The notes under the pieces: generated by a model
The model's input: only the letters and a program-made list of their open reading frames with translations
The model's database searches: none
What the model was told of the DNA's origin: nothing
In this document: one piece after another, positions 48,336-56,846 of the stretch
How positions within the stretch are numbered: the stretch's first letter is position 1
How the letters are laid out: every line of letters starts with the position of its first letter
From: Patescibacteria group bacterium
GTDB taxonomy: Bacteria > Patescibacteriota > Patescibacteriia > Patescibacteriales > UBA12465
Assembly (NCBI GenBank): GCA_041650775.1
Contig: JBAZKO010000001.1
Location: 65,259 to 129,258, forward strand
Direction of reading: 5' to 3'
Length of the DNA stretch: 64,000 bases
Translations under genes and position numbers: made by a program

Positions 48336-48632
48336 ATGACCGCTGACAGTTTCACCTCATTCTCCGATATCATAAAAAATAAAAAAACTATCAAGCCGCC
48401 CGCTTATCCCTGGCAAGATTTAGCTTTGCGCGTCATCGCGGAATTAGGCGTCCCCGGTTTTAAGCGCAACTCCGTCTTCAAAGCCTGCAAAGAAAAACCG
48501 GGCTACCAGATTGAGACGGCTTTAAACGATACTAAGGAATTATGTAAAAGCGGCGCCAAATGGAAATATTTTTTCAAAATAATAGATCAAAACCAGCCGG
48601 AAACGGCCAAATCCGCGACCGCGGACAACTAA
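48336..48632 (+). CDS. hypothetical protein (98 aa)
   Basis: Open frame directly upstream of def; no motif recognised. Confidence 0.3.
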   Translation: MTADSFTSFSDIIKNKKTIKPPAYPWQDLALRVIAELGVPGFKRNSVFKACKEKPGYQIETALNDTKELCKSGAKWKYFFKIIDQNQPETAKSATADN

Positions 48633-48638
48633 AAGAAT

Positions 48639-49118
48639 ATGCCTCAGGAACTAAAAATAATCACTAATCCTAATCCGATTCTACGAAAAAAATCCGTGGC
48701 GATCGATCCAGAAAAGATAAACGTCCCCGAACTAAAGGAGATGCTTCTTGATATGGCGGAAACGATGCTAAAAAAAGACGGTGCTGGTTTGGCCGCGCCG
48801 CAAATCGGCCGGAACATCCGCGCCATCGTTGTCCATCACAACAACAAAACTTTATTCTTAATCAATCCTCAGATAACCAAAAGATCCTGGGCGCGGGAAA
48901 TCGAAGAGGAGGGTTGCCTCTCGGTCTTAAACGACCAAGGTGAAATCATCTACGCGCCGGTGGAAAGATTCAAAAAAATAAATTGCGTTTACCTAGACGA
49001 AAAAGGACGGAACAAAAAAATAAGCGCCGAAAAAATTCTGGCGCGCGTTATCCAGCACGAAATCGATCATCTGGACGGAATTTTGTTTATTGATAAAATC
49101 GTCAAAACAAAAAATTAA
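48639..49118 (+). CDS. def: peptide deformylase
   Basis: GAGLAAPQIG, EGCLSV, HEIDHLDG metal-binding motifs. Confidence 0.9.
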   Translation: MPQELKIITNPNPILRKKSVAIDPEKINVPELKEMLLDMAETMLKKDGAGLAAPQIGRNIRAIVVHHNNKTLFLINPQITKRSWAREIEEEGCLSVLNDQGEIIYAPVERFKKINCVYLDEKGRNKKISAEKILARVIQHEIDHLDGILFIDKIVKTKN

Positions 49119-49747
49119 AAATTTTGACGCTGTTTCTTACTTTTGATCCATTTGACAATCTTCCAGCCGATCCACAAAATAACTAAAATTATCAGCCCCC
49201 AAGAAATTTCCCGATAATATCTTTCAATCAAGGCTTGATTGGCGCCCAAAAAATAACCGAGAGCGGACAAAACACTGACCCAGAGAGCGGCGCCCAACGC
49301 GGTATAAAATACAAACTGGCCGTAAGGCATCCGGCAGAAACCAGCCGGGATGGAAATCAAATGGCGGACGACCGGAATTAAACGCCCGAAAAAAGTGGCG
49401 GAACGGGAATTGCTTAAAAAATATTTTTCCGCGGCGGCGATTTTTTCCGGCGTGATAAGAAACAATTTTGCCCAGCGCGAAGCGGCCAATTTATAAATGA
49501 CTAGCCGACCCAAAGAACGGGACAAAATATAATTGACGGTTGCGCCGATAACGCTCCCCAAAGTTCCCGCTAATATGATAAGCGCTAAACTCATTTTTCC
49601 CTGGCTGGCCAGATACGCAGCCGGGGGAATGACTATCTCGGAAGGCAGAGGCAGAAAAGAACTTTCGATCGCCATTAAAATCGCCACGCCGGTGTAGCCG
49701 AGTCCCTGTGTCACCATCAAAACCCAATTGATTATGGCCGTTCCCAT
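49115..49747 (-). CDS. DedA/SNARE-associated family membrane protein
   Basis: DedA-type motif region (GRLIPVVRHLISIPAG); 5-6 TM. Confidence 0.75.
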   Translation of the reverse strand: MGTAIINWVLMVTQGLGYTGVAILMAIESSFLPLPSEIVIPPAAYLASQGKMSLALIILAGTLGSVIGATVNYILSRSLGRLVIYKLAASRWAKLFLITPEKIAAAEKYFLSNSRSATFFGRLIPVVRHLISIPAGFCRMPYGQFVFYTALGAALWVSVLSALGYFLGANQALIERYYREISWGLIILVILWIGWKIVKWIKSKKQRQNF

Positions 49748-49811
49748 ATAGTTTAAGGCTTAAAATAACTACGTTGATTATATACCCCATAATATCATCC
49801 GCGTTGCCAAT

Positions 49812-50765
49812 ATGTCCACAAGAAATAAAAACAAAAGAATCCGCGTTATTTTCATGGGTACGCCGGAATTCGCCGTTCCCGGACTGCAGGCTCTTATCGC
49901 CGCGGCCGATTTGGAAATTGTCGGCGTTTTTACGCCGCCGGATAAACTGATCGGCCGCAAGCAAATTTTAACTCCGGCGCCGATAAAACGGGTGGCCTTG
50001 GAAAATAACCTGACGGTTTTCCAGCCGCCTAAAATAAAAACCGCGGCGGAAACAATAAAAAATCTGAAACCGGATTTAATCATAATTATCGCCTACGGCC
50101 AAATCATTCCCCAAGAAATATTAGATATTCCGCGCTACGGCTGTCTGAATATTCATGCTTCCCTGCTTCCCCGATACCGCGGCGCGGCCGTCTTAAACGC
50201 GCCGATTCTCAACGGCGATAAAGAAACTGGGGTGACGATCATGAAAATCGACGCCGGCCTTGACACCGGCCCCATTTTACGGCAAGCTAAAATACAATTG
50301 AACGGCCGAGAAATATTGGAAGATGTCCATGACCGGCTGGCAAAATTAGGGGCGGAGATATTGATTCCGACTATCCTTGATTTCGTCGCCGGAAAAATAA
50401 AACCGCGAGCACAGGATGATTCGCAAGCCACTTATGTTAAAACATTAAATAAGAAAGACGGGCAAATCGACTGGCAAAAACCGGCCGCGGAAATAGAGAG
50501 GATGATTCGCGCTTACAATCCCTGGCCAGGAACTTATTCCCGGTGGCAAGGGAAAAACCTCAAAATTATTACCGCGGCGACGGAAGTTTTGACGGTCAAT
50601 AAATATCAACCAGGCGAATTATTCCGACAAGAGCAAAATTTGGCGGTGCAATGCGGTCAGGACGCCTTAATTATATTAAAATTACAGCTGGAAGGAAAGA
50701 AAATTCTGACAGCCAGAGAATTTTTGGCGGGAAATTCCAAACTAGTTGGCCAAATTCTGGGATAA
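49812..50765 (+). CDS. fmt: methionyl-tRNA formyltransferase
   Basis: IRVIFMGTPEFAV N-terminus; NIHASLLPRYRGAA formyltransferase active-site motif; C-terminal domain. Confidence 0.9.
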   Translation: MSTRNKNKRIRVIFMGTPEFAVPGLQALIAAADLEIVGVFTPPDKLIGRKQILTPAPIKRVALENNLTVFQPPKIKTAAETIKNLKPDLIIIIAYGQIIPQEILDIPRYGCLNIHASLLPRYRGAAVLNAPILNGDKETGVTIMKIDAGLDTGPILRQAKIQLNGREILEDVHDRLAKLGAEILIPTILDFVAGKIKPRAQDDSQATYVKTLNKKDGQIDWQKPAAEIERMIRAYNPWPGTYSRWQGKNLKIITAATEVLTVNKYQPGELFRQEQNLAVQCGQDALIILKLQLEGKKILTAREFLAGNSKLVGQILG

Positions 50766-50782
50766 TTTTTTATTCCTATCAT

Positions 50783-50854
50783 GGTCCCTTCGTCTAACGG
50801 TTAGGACGCCAGGTTCTCATCCTGGCAACAGGGGTTCGATTCCCCTAGGGACTA
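50783..50854 (+). tRNA. tRNA-Glu (CTC)
   Basis: GGTCCCT-TC-GTCTAACGGTTAGGAC-G-CCAGG-TTCTCAT-CCTGG-CAAC-AGGGGTTCGATTCCCCT-AGGGACT-A, 72 nt. Confidence 0.85.
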
Positions 50855-50862
50855 CTATCGGG

Positions 50863-50893
50863 GAACTGACTGGTGCCAGTTCTCTTTTTGTTT
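50863..50893 (+). terminator. rho-independent terminator after tRNA-Glu
   Basis: GAACTGactggtgcCAGTTCtctttttgttt. Confidence 0.5.
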
Positions 50894-51038
50894 GTAGAAT
50901 TAGCGAAAGTTTAGGTGTTCGATTTCCTGTAAAATCAAAAATGGGTTTTTCGGGAAAAATCAAACTCTGTAATTTTAGTTTTTCTTGATAAATGGAGGCC
51001 AAATCAAGAGGCAGATTTATTGGGGGTTTTTACTCTAT

Positions 51039-51067
51039 TTGACATAATTTAAATAATTTGTTATAAT
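51039..51067 (+). promoter_or_regulatory. consensus sigma70 promoter TTGACA-17-TATAAT upstream of the 51114 gene
   Basis: TTGACA 51039-51044, 17-nt spacer, TATAAT 51062-51067. RBS aaaggagg 51101-51108, then a TTG start at 51114. Confidence 0.55.
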
Positions 51068-51113
51068 TATTTAAATTAAAAATGTAATTTAACAATAAAA
51101 AAAGGAGGCAAAG

Positions 51114-51704
51114 TTGAAAACCCTATTTGTTCTGTCTGGAATATTGTTTATTGCAGGATTTGTCCCTTATATAATTTCTATTTTACATAAAGAAACAAAA
51201 CCTGCAAAAGCATCTTGGATTATTTGGGTCGCTCTTGATACTATTACATTTGCCGGCATGCTCGTTAAAGAAACGGCCAACGGACAAATTATCGGTGCTG
51301 TTATAGGTGGCTGGTTAACAGTTATTCTCGCTTTAAAATATGGAATTTCTGGTTGGTCAAAATTGGACAAATTTTGTCTTGGCGGAGCTATTCTTGGAAT
51401 TGTCCTTTGGCAAACCTTTGATGATCCAGTTTTAGGAATATTAACAAGCCAGGGCGCAACATTCCTTGGCTCTATACCGACATTTCTATCTGCATGGAAA
51501 GACCCAAGTCGCGAAAATAAATTTGCCTGGACGATTTTCTTTGCGTCCTGCGTATGTGCAGTTATCGCAATACCTCATTGGACTTTAGCTGACGCAACAC
51601 AGCCAATCACGTTCTTTGTGGTAGAAAGCACAATGATGTATATTTTATTTATCCAACCTTTAGTAAAAAGGCGTTCAAAAAAAGCAATTCAAAGTTCCTT
51701 GTAG
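51114..51704 (+). CDS. hypothetical integral membrane protein (196 aa, about 6 TM); TTG start
   Basis: Hydrophobicity; strong SD; lies in an AT-rich stretch bounded by tRNA genes. Confidence 0.45.
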   Translation: MKTLFVLSGILFIAGFVPYIISILHKETKPAKASWIIWVALDTITFAGMLVKETANGQIIGAVIGGWLTVILALKYGISGWSKLDKFCLGGAILGIVLWQTFDDPVLGILTSQGATFLGSIPTFLSAWKDPSRENKFAWTIFFASCVCAVIAIPHWTLADATQPITFFVVESTMMYILFIQPLVKRRSKKAIQSSL

Positions 51705-51730
51705 TCATGCTACTCGGAACTTTTTTATTT
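51692..51730 (+). terminator. putative compound-hairpin terminator
   Basis: AAGTTCC-ttGTAGtcatgCTACtc-GGAACTT then tttttattt. The stop codon of the 51114 gene lies in the loop. Confidence 0.4.
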
Positions 51731-51838
51731 AAAAATTTCCGCCCATTTCTCAATTTCCCCAATAATCTCATTAAAATTTTGCGAAATTTCAGACCTTAAG
51801 ACCACCAATTAAAAAGCCCCCTTCTAATCCCCTTGACA

Positions 51839-51864
51839 TCTATGTTAGAATAATATAACATAGA
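51839..51864. promoter_or_regulatory. palindromic operator-like site upstream of the membrane-protein/XRE pair
   Basis: tCTATGTTA-gaataata-TAACATAGa (9-bp arms) nested with TTAGAAT...ATTCTAA, just downstream of TTGACA (51833-51838). Confidence 0.35.
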
Positions 51865-51917
51865 GTTATATAATTCTAACATCAAATTCGGACCTCAAAA
51901 ATCCGAAACAAAAATGT

Positions 51918-52490
51918 ATGACTAGCAAACAGTATCAAGGCTATAGAATCGCCATCGTCATCATGCTTTCAGCTTCTATTTCTGTCGCCATCAGTCTGGA
52001 AAACTATATTGCTCCGGTTATCGCGATAGCAGTCGGCCTAATTCTGATCAGGCTCGGCCGACAGAAAGTCAAAGAAGTGTTAGCGGACGAACGCGACTAT
52101 TATATGGCAGGAACCGCGGCGCGCTACAGCATTTCCATCTTTTCCGTTATTTTAGTAATCGGCATGTTTATCCTAATGGCTCTTCAGGATAAGAATCCGG
52201 AATTCGCCAACATCGCCATGCTTCTCGCTTATCTGACTTGCGGCCTAATGTTGCTTAACTCCGTCGTCTTTCATTTCCTCAAAACGCGCGAATCCGGTTC
52301 TAAGGTCGGCTTCGCCAAAAAATTCAAGCATTACCTTCCTTTTTTTCTGCTCGCCTTAATCGTCGCCATTATTCTTGCCATCGCCAGTTTAAGAATGTTT
52401 ACTCCCGAAGACGAATGGATTTGCGCCGATGGAAATTGGACTAAGCATGGCAATCCGAGCGCAACCAGGCCGACCGAAAAATGCCGCTAA
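51918..52490 (+). CDS. hypothetical membrane protein (4 TM)
   Basis: Hydrophobic helices; 10-bp overlap with the downstream XRE regulator gene. Confidence 0.45.
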   Translation: MTSKQYQGYRIAIVIMLSASISVAISLENYIAPVIAIAVGLILIRLGRQKVKEVLADERDYYMAGTAARYSISIFSVILVIGMFILMALQDKNPEFANIAMLLAYLTCGLMLLNSVVFHFLKTRESGSKVGFAKKFKHYLPFFLLALIVAIILAIASLRMFTPEDEWICADGNWTKHGNPSATRPTEKCR

Positions 52491-52696
52491 GCGACAACTT
52501 CAATAGTATGACTAACAATATAAAAGAATTACGCCTGCGTCATAATCTCACTCAGGAAGAGTTGGCACAGAAAGTCGGCGTCAGACGCGAAACAATATTA
52601 TTCTTGGAAGCTGGGAAGTATAATCCTTCGCTTAAATTGGCGCATGATACCGCCGCCGCTTTAGGCGTCACCGTCGACGAACTTTTCCGATTCTGA
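52481..52696 (+). CDS. XRE-family (Cro/C1-type) helix-turn-helix transcriptional regulator
   Basis: [56 protein letters not shown] is a canonical HTH_3. Confidence 0.75.
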   Translation: MPLSDNFNSMTNNIKELRLRHNLTQEELAQKVGVRRETILFLEAGKYNPSLKLAHDTAAALGVTVDELFRF

Positions 52697-52793
52697 TATC
52701 TTATCCTTCTTCGGCTCTTGCCAAAAACAAAATCTTTTGTTATTATCGAATTTGTAATGAAACTGGCTTATTAACAGCCTTTTTATTTATATT

Positions 52794-52866
52794 GCGCCTA
52801 TAGCTCAGTTGGTAGAGCAGCTCCCTTTTAAGGAGATGGTCGTAGGTTCGAATCCTACTGGGCGCA
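52794..52866 (+). tRNA. tRNA-Lys (TTT)
   Basis: GCGCCTA-TA-GCTCAGTTGGTAGAGC-A-GCTCC-CTTTTAA-GGAGA-TGGTC-GTAGGTTCGAATCCTAC-TGGGCGC-A, 73 nt. Confidence 0.9.
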
Positions 52867-52908
52867 CCGAATACTAAAAGTTCTTTAAAAAAACTAAATA
52901 AATAAATC

Positions 52909-53349
52909 ATGAAAAATATTTTACTGATTTTCTCATTGATCATGATAATCAATAGCGTCAGCCGGGCGCAATCGATTATTATGTCCAAACAAAGAACCTA
53001 TCTCCAAGAAGATATTGCTTTGTTGGAAAAGATGTCTAATCCGACCCCTTTTGATTCTCTCCTTGTTTTCAAAACTGTTAACCATCCCGATTACGAGCTT
53101 TGTCTTAAAATCGTGGAACAAGAATGCGATTTGGTTTATGAATTCGAAAAAACGATTCGAGCAAAAAAACCATTTTGGCGCTCTAGAAAAAAACACACAC
53201 TAAAAACGCAGACAGCGATGAATAATCTGAATATTTTTTACAGACAAACAAAACCAATCTTGGAAAATCTGGAAAAAAAATATACGGAGTTCTATAAGGA
53301 AACGCGTCGCAAACATCTGAACGAAAAGGGATTTTCCTTAAAACGTTAA
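52909..53349 (+). CDS. hypothetical secreted protein (146 aa)
   Basis: Signal peptide (NSVSRA-QS); Lys/Glu-rich; sits between two tRNA genes. Confidence 0.4.
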   Translation: MKNILLIFSLIMIINSVSRAQSIIMSKQRTYLQEDIALLEKMSNPTPFDSLLVFKTVNHPDYELCLKIVEQECDLVYEFEKTIRAKKPFWRSRKKHTLKTQTAMNNLNIFYRQTKPILENLEKKYTEFYKETRRKHLNEKGFSLKR

Positions 53350-53358
53350 TTAAAGACC

Positions 53359-53390
53359 AAACCGGAATATACCAATCCGGTTTTATTATT
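53359..53390 (+). terminator. rho-independent terminator
   Basis: AAACCGGAatataccaaTCCGGTTTtattatt. Confidence 0.45.
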
Positions 53391-53433
53391 GCCAAAACTT
53401 CGAAAGTCTTCTATATTAATCAATAGCCCTAAG

Positions 53434-53506
53434 GCCGACTTAGCTCAGCTGGTAGAGCAGCTGTCTTGTAAACAGCAGGTCGTCGGTCCAAACCCGACAG
53501 TCGGCT
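53434..53506 (+). tRNA. tRNA-Thr (TGT) with an unusual T-loop (C at position 55)
   Basis: GCCGACT-TA-GCTCAGCTGGTAGAGC-A-GCTGT-CTTGTAA-ACAGC-AGGTC-GTCGG-TCCAAAC-CCGAC-AGTCGGC-T, 73 nt. Confidence 0.8.
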
Positions 53507-53531
53507 CATAAAAACTCCTGATTTCACCATA

Positions 53532-53556
53532 AAAACCGCCTTTCTGGCGGTTTTTT
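53532..53556 (+). terminator. rho-independent terminator after tRNA-Thr(TGT)
   Basis: AAAACCGCCtttctGGCGGTTTTtt. Confidence 0.65.
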
Positions 53557-53679
53557 AAATCCTTAATGTGGACAATCTGCGCAAAAACTGTGCTTGAAAA
53601 ATAAGCCGGCATAAGCTAAGATAATAAAATGATAAAGTAAATTTAAGCTGGTCCTAAAATACCGTTAAATTCCAAGGAT

Positions 53680-55080
53680 ATGACCACAAACGATCAAAAT
53701 CTAATCGCCAAGGTTCCGCCGCATAGTTTGGAAGCTGAAGAATCTCTTCTCGGTTGTCTTCTGATTGATAAGGATGCCATCATTAAAGTAGCCGACAGCC
53801 TTATGCCGCAGGATTTTTATAAAGACGGCCATAAGATAATCTACGAGACCATAAAAGAAATATACGGCAATCAGGAACCGATCGATATTATAACTCTTTC
53901 CAACCGGTTGGAAGAAAAAAAGCAACTGCAAACTGTCGGCGGTCGGACTTATCTGGCTCAACTGTCCAATACGGTTGCTACTTCCGGCAATGCGACTAAC
54001 TATTCCGGCATTATCCAACGCAAAGCGACCCTGCGCCGCCTGCAACAAGCGGCCGCGGAAATTTCTTCTCTGAGCTTCAATGAAGAAAGAGAAATCGACG
54101 AAATCCTGGATGAAACCGAAAAAAAAGTTTTTGGCGTTTCCCGCAAATATTTAAAAAATGCTTTTTTGCCTTTAGATAATTTACTCACGGCGGCTTTTGA
54201 TCGCATTGACGAACTTCATAAACATAGCGGCAAACTGCGTGGCCTGTCCACCGGCTTCCCCGACCTGGATAATCTGCTGGCCGGCCTGCAGAAATCCGAC
54301 CTGATTATCTTGGCCGCGCGTCCTTCCGTCGGTAAAACCGCCCTGGCCTTGGATATCGCCCGCCAGGCGGCGATTAAAAGCAAGGAAGGGGTGGGTATCT
54401 TTTCTCTGGAAATGAGTAAGGAACAATTAGTGGATCGCATGCTCTGTTCCCAAGCTAATGTCAGCTTATGGAAGATGCGGACGGGAAACTTATCCGACAA
54501 AGAAGAGGACAATGATTTTGCCCGCATCGGCGAAGCGATGGGCAAATTGGCGGAGGCGCCGATTTATATCGACGATTCTGGTACGCTTTCGATTATGGAA
54601 ATCCGCGCCAAAGCGCGTCGTCTGCAAATGGAAAAAGGCCTAGGTCTTATCGTCATCGACTATCTGCAGTTAATGGAAGGCCGGGGAAAATACGGCGATA
54701 ACCGGGTTCAGGAAATTGCGGAAATCAGTCGTGGTTTGAAATCAATCGCCCGGGAACTGAATATCCCGATTCTGGCGCTCGCCCAACTTTCGCGAGCCGT
54801 GGAAATGACTCATCCGGCCATCCCGAGACTATCGCACCTGCGTGATTCCGGCTCTATCGAGCAGGACGCCGATGTCGTTATGTTTATTTATCGCAAAGCG
54901 GCTGACCGCGGCTATAATCCCAATGATCTGCCGCTAGATGAACGTTACCGGACGGAAATTCATATCGCCAAACATCGCAACGGCCCGACCGGAAAAGTTG
55001 ACTTGTTTTTCGATGAAAATACGGTCAGTTTCAGAAGTCTGACTAAGAAATCAAGCGAGCCGGCACCGGTGGAATTTTAA
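53680..55080 (+). CDS. dnaB: replicative DNA helicase DnaB
   Basis: N-terminal PPHSLEAEESLLGCLL; Walker A ARPSVGKTALAL; Walker B LIVIDYLQLM; RecA-like C-terminal domain. Confidence 0.9.
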   Translation: MTTNDQNLIAKVPPHSLEAEESLLGCLLIDKDAIIKVADSLMPQDFYKDGHKIIYETIKEIYGNQEPIDIITLSNRLEEKKQLQTVGGRTYLAQLSNTVATSGNATNYSGIIQRKATLRRLQQAAAEISSLSFNEEREIDEILDETEKKVFGVSRKYLKNAFLPLDNLLTAAFDRIDELHKHSGKLRGLSTGFPDLDNLLAGLQKSDLIILAARPSVGKTALALDIARQAAIKSKEGVGIFSLEMSKEQLVDRMLCSQANVSLWKMRTGNLSDKEEDNDFARIGEAMGKLAEAPIYIDDSGTLSIMEIRAKARRLQMEKGLGLIVIDYLQLMEGRGKYGDNRVQEIAEISRGLKSIARELNIPILALAQLSRAVEMTHPAIPRLSHLRDSGSIEQDADVVMFIYRKAADRGYNPNDLPLDERYRTEIHIAKHRNGPTGKVDLFFDENTVSFRSLTKKSSEPAPVEF

Positions 55081-55135
55081 TCATTTAATTATAATAATTT
55101 TAAAACCGGTTTCTAAACGCCGGCCATAATAATCT

Positions 55136-55411
55136 ATGTTCAGTAAATTAAAACAGTTTAAAGATTTACGCAGTCAGGCGAAAACCATGCAGAGCGCGCT
55201 GGCGGGCGAAACTATCACCGAAGAAAAAAAAGGCGTTAAAGTCGTTTTAAACGGCAACATGGAAGTGATTGACTTAAAGCTCGGCGATAACCTGTCTAAA
55301 GACTCCCAAGAAGATATTTTAAAAACTTGTTTTAACGATGCCCTAAAACGCGCCCAAAGACTGATGGCGAAAAAATTACAGGAAATGGGCGGCATCCCAG
55401 GAATGAATTAA
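55136..55411 (+). CDS. ybaB: YbaB/EbfC family nucleoid-associated protein
   Basis: 91 aa; typical YbaB spacing (MQSALAGETITEE...VKVVLNGNMEVIDLKL). Confidence 0.85.
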   Translation: MFSKLKQFKDLRSQAKTMQSALAGETITEEKKGVKVVLNGNMEVIDLKLGDNLSKDSQEDILKTCFNDALKRAQRLMAKKLQEMGGIPGMN

Positions 55412-56005
55412 ATGAAATATCCGGCCGCCATCCAAAACTTAATAGAAAAGTTTTCTGAATTACCGAGCGTCGGTCCGAAAACGGCTGAGCGTTATGTTTT
55501 TTATTTATTGAAGCAAACGGACGAAAAACTAAAAAATTTGGCGACGGCGATTGGCGAATTAAAAGAAAAAACGACACTTTGCCATAGTTGCTTGGCTATC
55601 GCCGAGAAAAATCCTTGTCTGATTTGCGCTGATAAAAACCGCCGGACAGAAATTCTATGCTTAGTGGAGAATACTCGGGATTTGGCGGCGATTGAATCGA
55701 CCAGACAATACGACGGCCGCTATTTTGTGCTCGGCGGGCTGATCAACACTATCGATGAAGTCCGACCGGAAGATTTGAATATTGATAAACTAGTCAAAAA
55801 AATAAAAAGCGATAATATCAAAGAAATAATCCTGGCTCTAAATTTTACTTTGGAAGGTGAAACAACCGCCTTGTATCTAACTAAAATCTTAAAAGATCAT
55901 TTAAAAATCACCCGCTTAGCCAAGGGGCTACCGGCCGGCTCCGATTTGGAATATGCCGACGAAATCACCTTGACAAATGCTCTAAAAAACCGTAATATAA
56001 TCTGA
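55412..56005 (+). CDS. recR: recombination protein RecR
   Basis: HhH (LPSVGPKTAERY), Cys4 zinc finger (CHSC...CLIC), TOPRIM domain. Start abuts the ybaB stop. Confidence 0.9.
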   Translation: MKYPAAIQNLIEKFSELPSVGPKTAERYVFYLLKQTDEKLKNLATAIGELKEKTTLCHSCLAIAEKNPCLICADKNRRTEILCLVENTRDLAAIESTRQYDGRYFVLGGLINTIDEVRPEDLNIDKLVKKIKSDNIKEIILALNFTLEGETTALYLTKILKDHLKITRLAKGLPAGSDLEYADEITLTNALKNRNII

Positions 56006-56022
56006 ACAAACAAGGAGGTGAA

Positions 56023-56337
56023 ATGATAACCGGTTCTTTAATTCTGCTTTTTCTAACGGTAGTAATTTCGATGATTATAGTTCTGGGAGCAACTTACATT
56101 ATCGGCCGTTTCAATAAAAAAGTCGATCGTCAAATAAAATTTGAACTTAGCTGGTCTAACGTCCAAATATTATTAGACGATATTAAGTCGATGGTTAAAT
56201 GGATATTCCGAAGAAGATATATCCTGTTTCGAAAAAAGAAAATAGAAAAAATCTTATTTCGAAAAAAACGAACCATAATCAAGATATTTTTGCATCGCGT
56301 CACCAGGCGGCTGAAAAGAAGACAGCTGAAAAATTAA
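56023..56337 (+). CDS. hypothetical small protein with N-terminal TM and an extremely basic C-terminus
   Basis: SD aaggagg upstream. The C-terminal half is about 40% K/R (FRRRYILFRKKKIEKILFRKKRTIIK...). Confidence 0.35.
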   Translation: MITGSLILLFLTVVISMIIVLGATYIIGRFNKKVDRQIKFELSWSNVQILLDDIKSMVKWIFRRRYILFRKKKIEKILFRKKRTIIKIFLHRVTRRLKRRQLKN

Positions 56338-56341
56338 AAAA

Positions 56342-56377
56342 CCCGTTCCTAATAATTAAGAACGGGCTTTTATTTTA
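56342..56377. terminator. bidirectional terminator between convergent genes (56023..56337 and rplU)
   Basis: aaaaaaCCCGTTCctaataattaaGAACGGGcttttatttt; U-tracts on both strands. Confidence 0.6.
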
Positions 56378-56395
56378 TCGGCTAGTTTAAAAAAT

Positions 56396-56704
56396 CTAAG
56401 CGATTTTGAGAATCTTCAGAGCGGTAAATTTCTGGCGATGACCGACGGTTTTCTTATAGCGGGTCTTATTCTTATATTTGACAACCGTCACTTTCTGACC
56501 TTTAGCGGTTTCTAAAACTTCCGCTTCCACCTTTTCGCCCAAAGACGGCTGGCCCAATTCCAAACTGGAGCCGGTGGCGATTAAAAGAGTATCTAATTTA
56601 ACTTTCTGGCCGTTCTCCGCTTCCAGTTTTTCTACTTTGACGGTTTCCCCCTCCTGGACTTTATACTGTTTGCCGCCGGTCTTGATGATTGCGATTTTTG
56701 ACAT
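56396..56704 (-). CDS. rplU: 50S ribosomal protein L21
   Basis: MSKIAIIKTGGKQYKVQEGETVKVEKL is the canonical L21 N-terminus; 102 aa. Confidence 0.9.
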   Translation of the reverse strand: MSKIAIIKTGGKQYKVQEGETVKVEKLEAENGQKVKLDTLLIATGSSLELGQPSLGEKVEAEVLETAKGQKVTVVKYKNKTRYKKTVGHRQKFTALKILKIA

Positions 56705-56754
56705 ATAAGACGTGTGTTAGAAATAAAAAATCAGAACTAAATCTGAACTAAGTT

Positions 56755-56783
56755 AATAATAGCAAATATTTGAAAAATGTCAA
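56755..56783 (-). promoter_or_regulatory. putative rplU promoter (TTGACA-17-TATTAT, minus strand)
   Basis: rc of 56778-56783 is TTGACA; rc of 56755-56760 is TATTAT. Overlaps the divergent murA promoter. Confidence 0.4.
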
Positions 56784-56798
56784 CAAATGGGCTATGAT
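56770..56798 (+). promoter_or_regulatory. putative murA promoter (TTGAAA-17-TATGAT)
   Basis: TTGAAA 56770-56775, 17-nt spacer, TATGAT 56793-56798. Confidence 0.4.
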
Positions 56799-56846
56799 TA
56801 ATTTGAGGTTTCAAGATAAAACAAAATAACCTAATATAAGCTAAAT

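Noticed and set aside
50746-50988. 80-aa ORF overlapping tRNA-Glu
   Set aside because: Most of it lies over a well-folded tRNA gene and its terminator, and it has no RBS.
52743-52988. 81-aa minus-strand ORF overlapping tRNA-Lys
   Set aside because: It overlaps the tRNA gene and has no supporting signals.
50783-53556. Integrated mobile element at tRNA genes
   Set aside because: There is no integrase, recombinase, transposase or tRNA-3'-end direct repeat. I keep it only as a compositional islet (see findings), not as a mobile_element feature.
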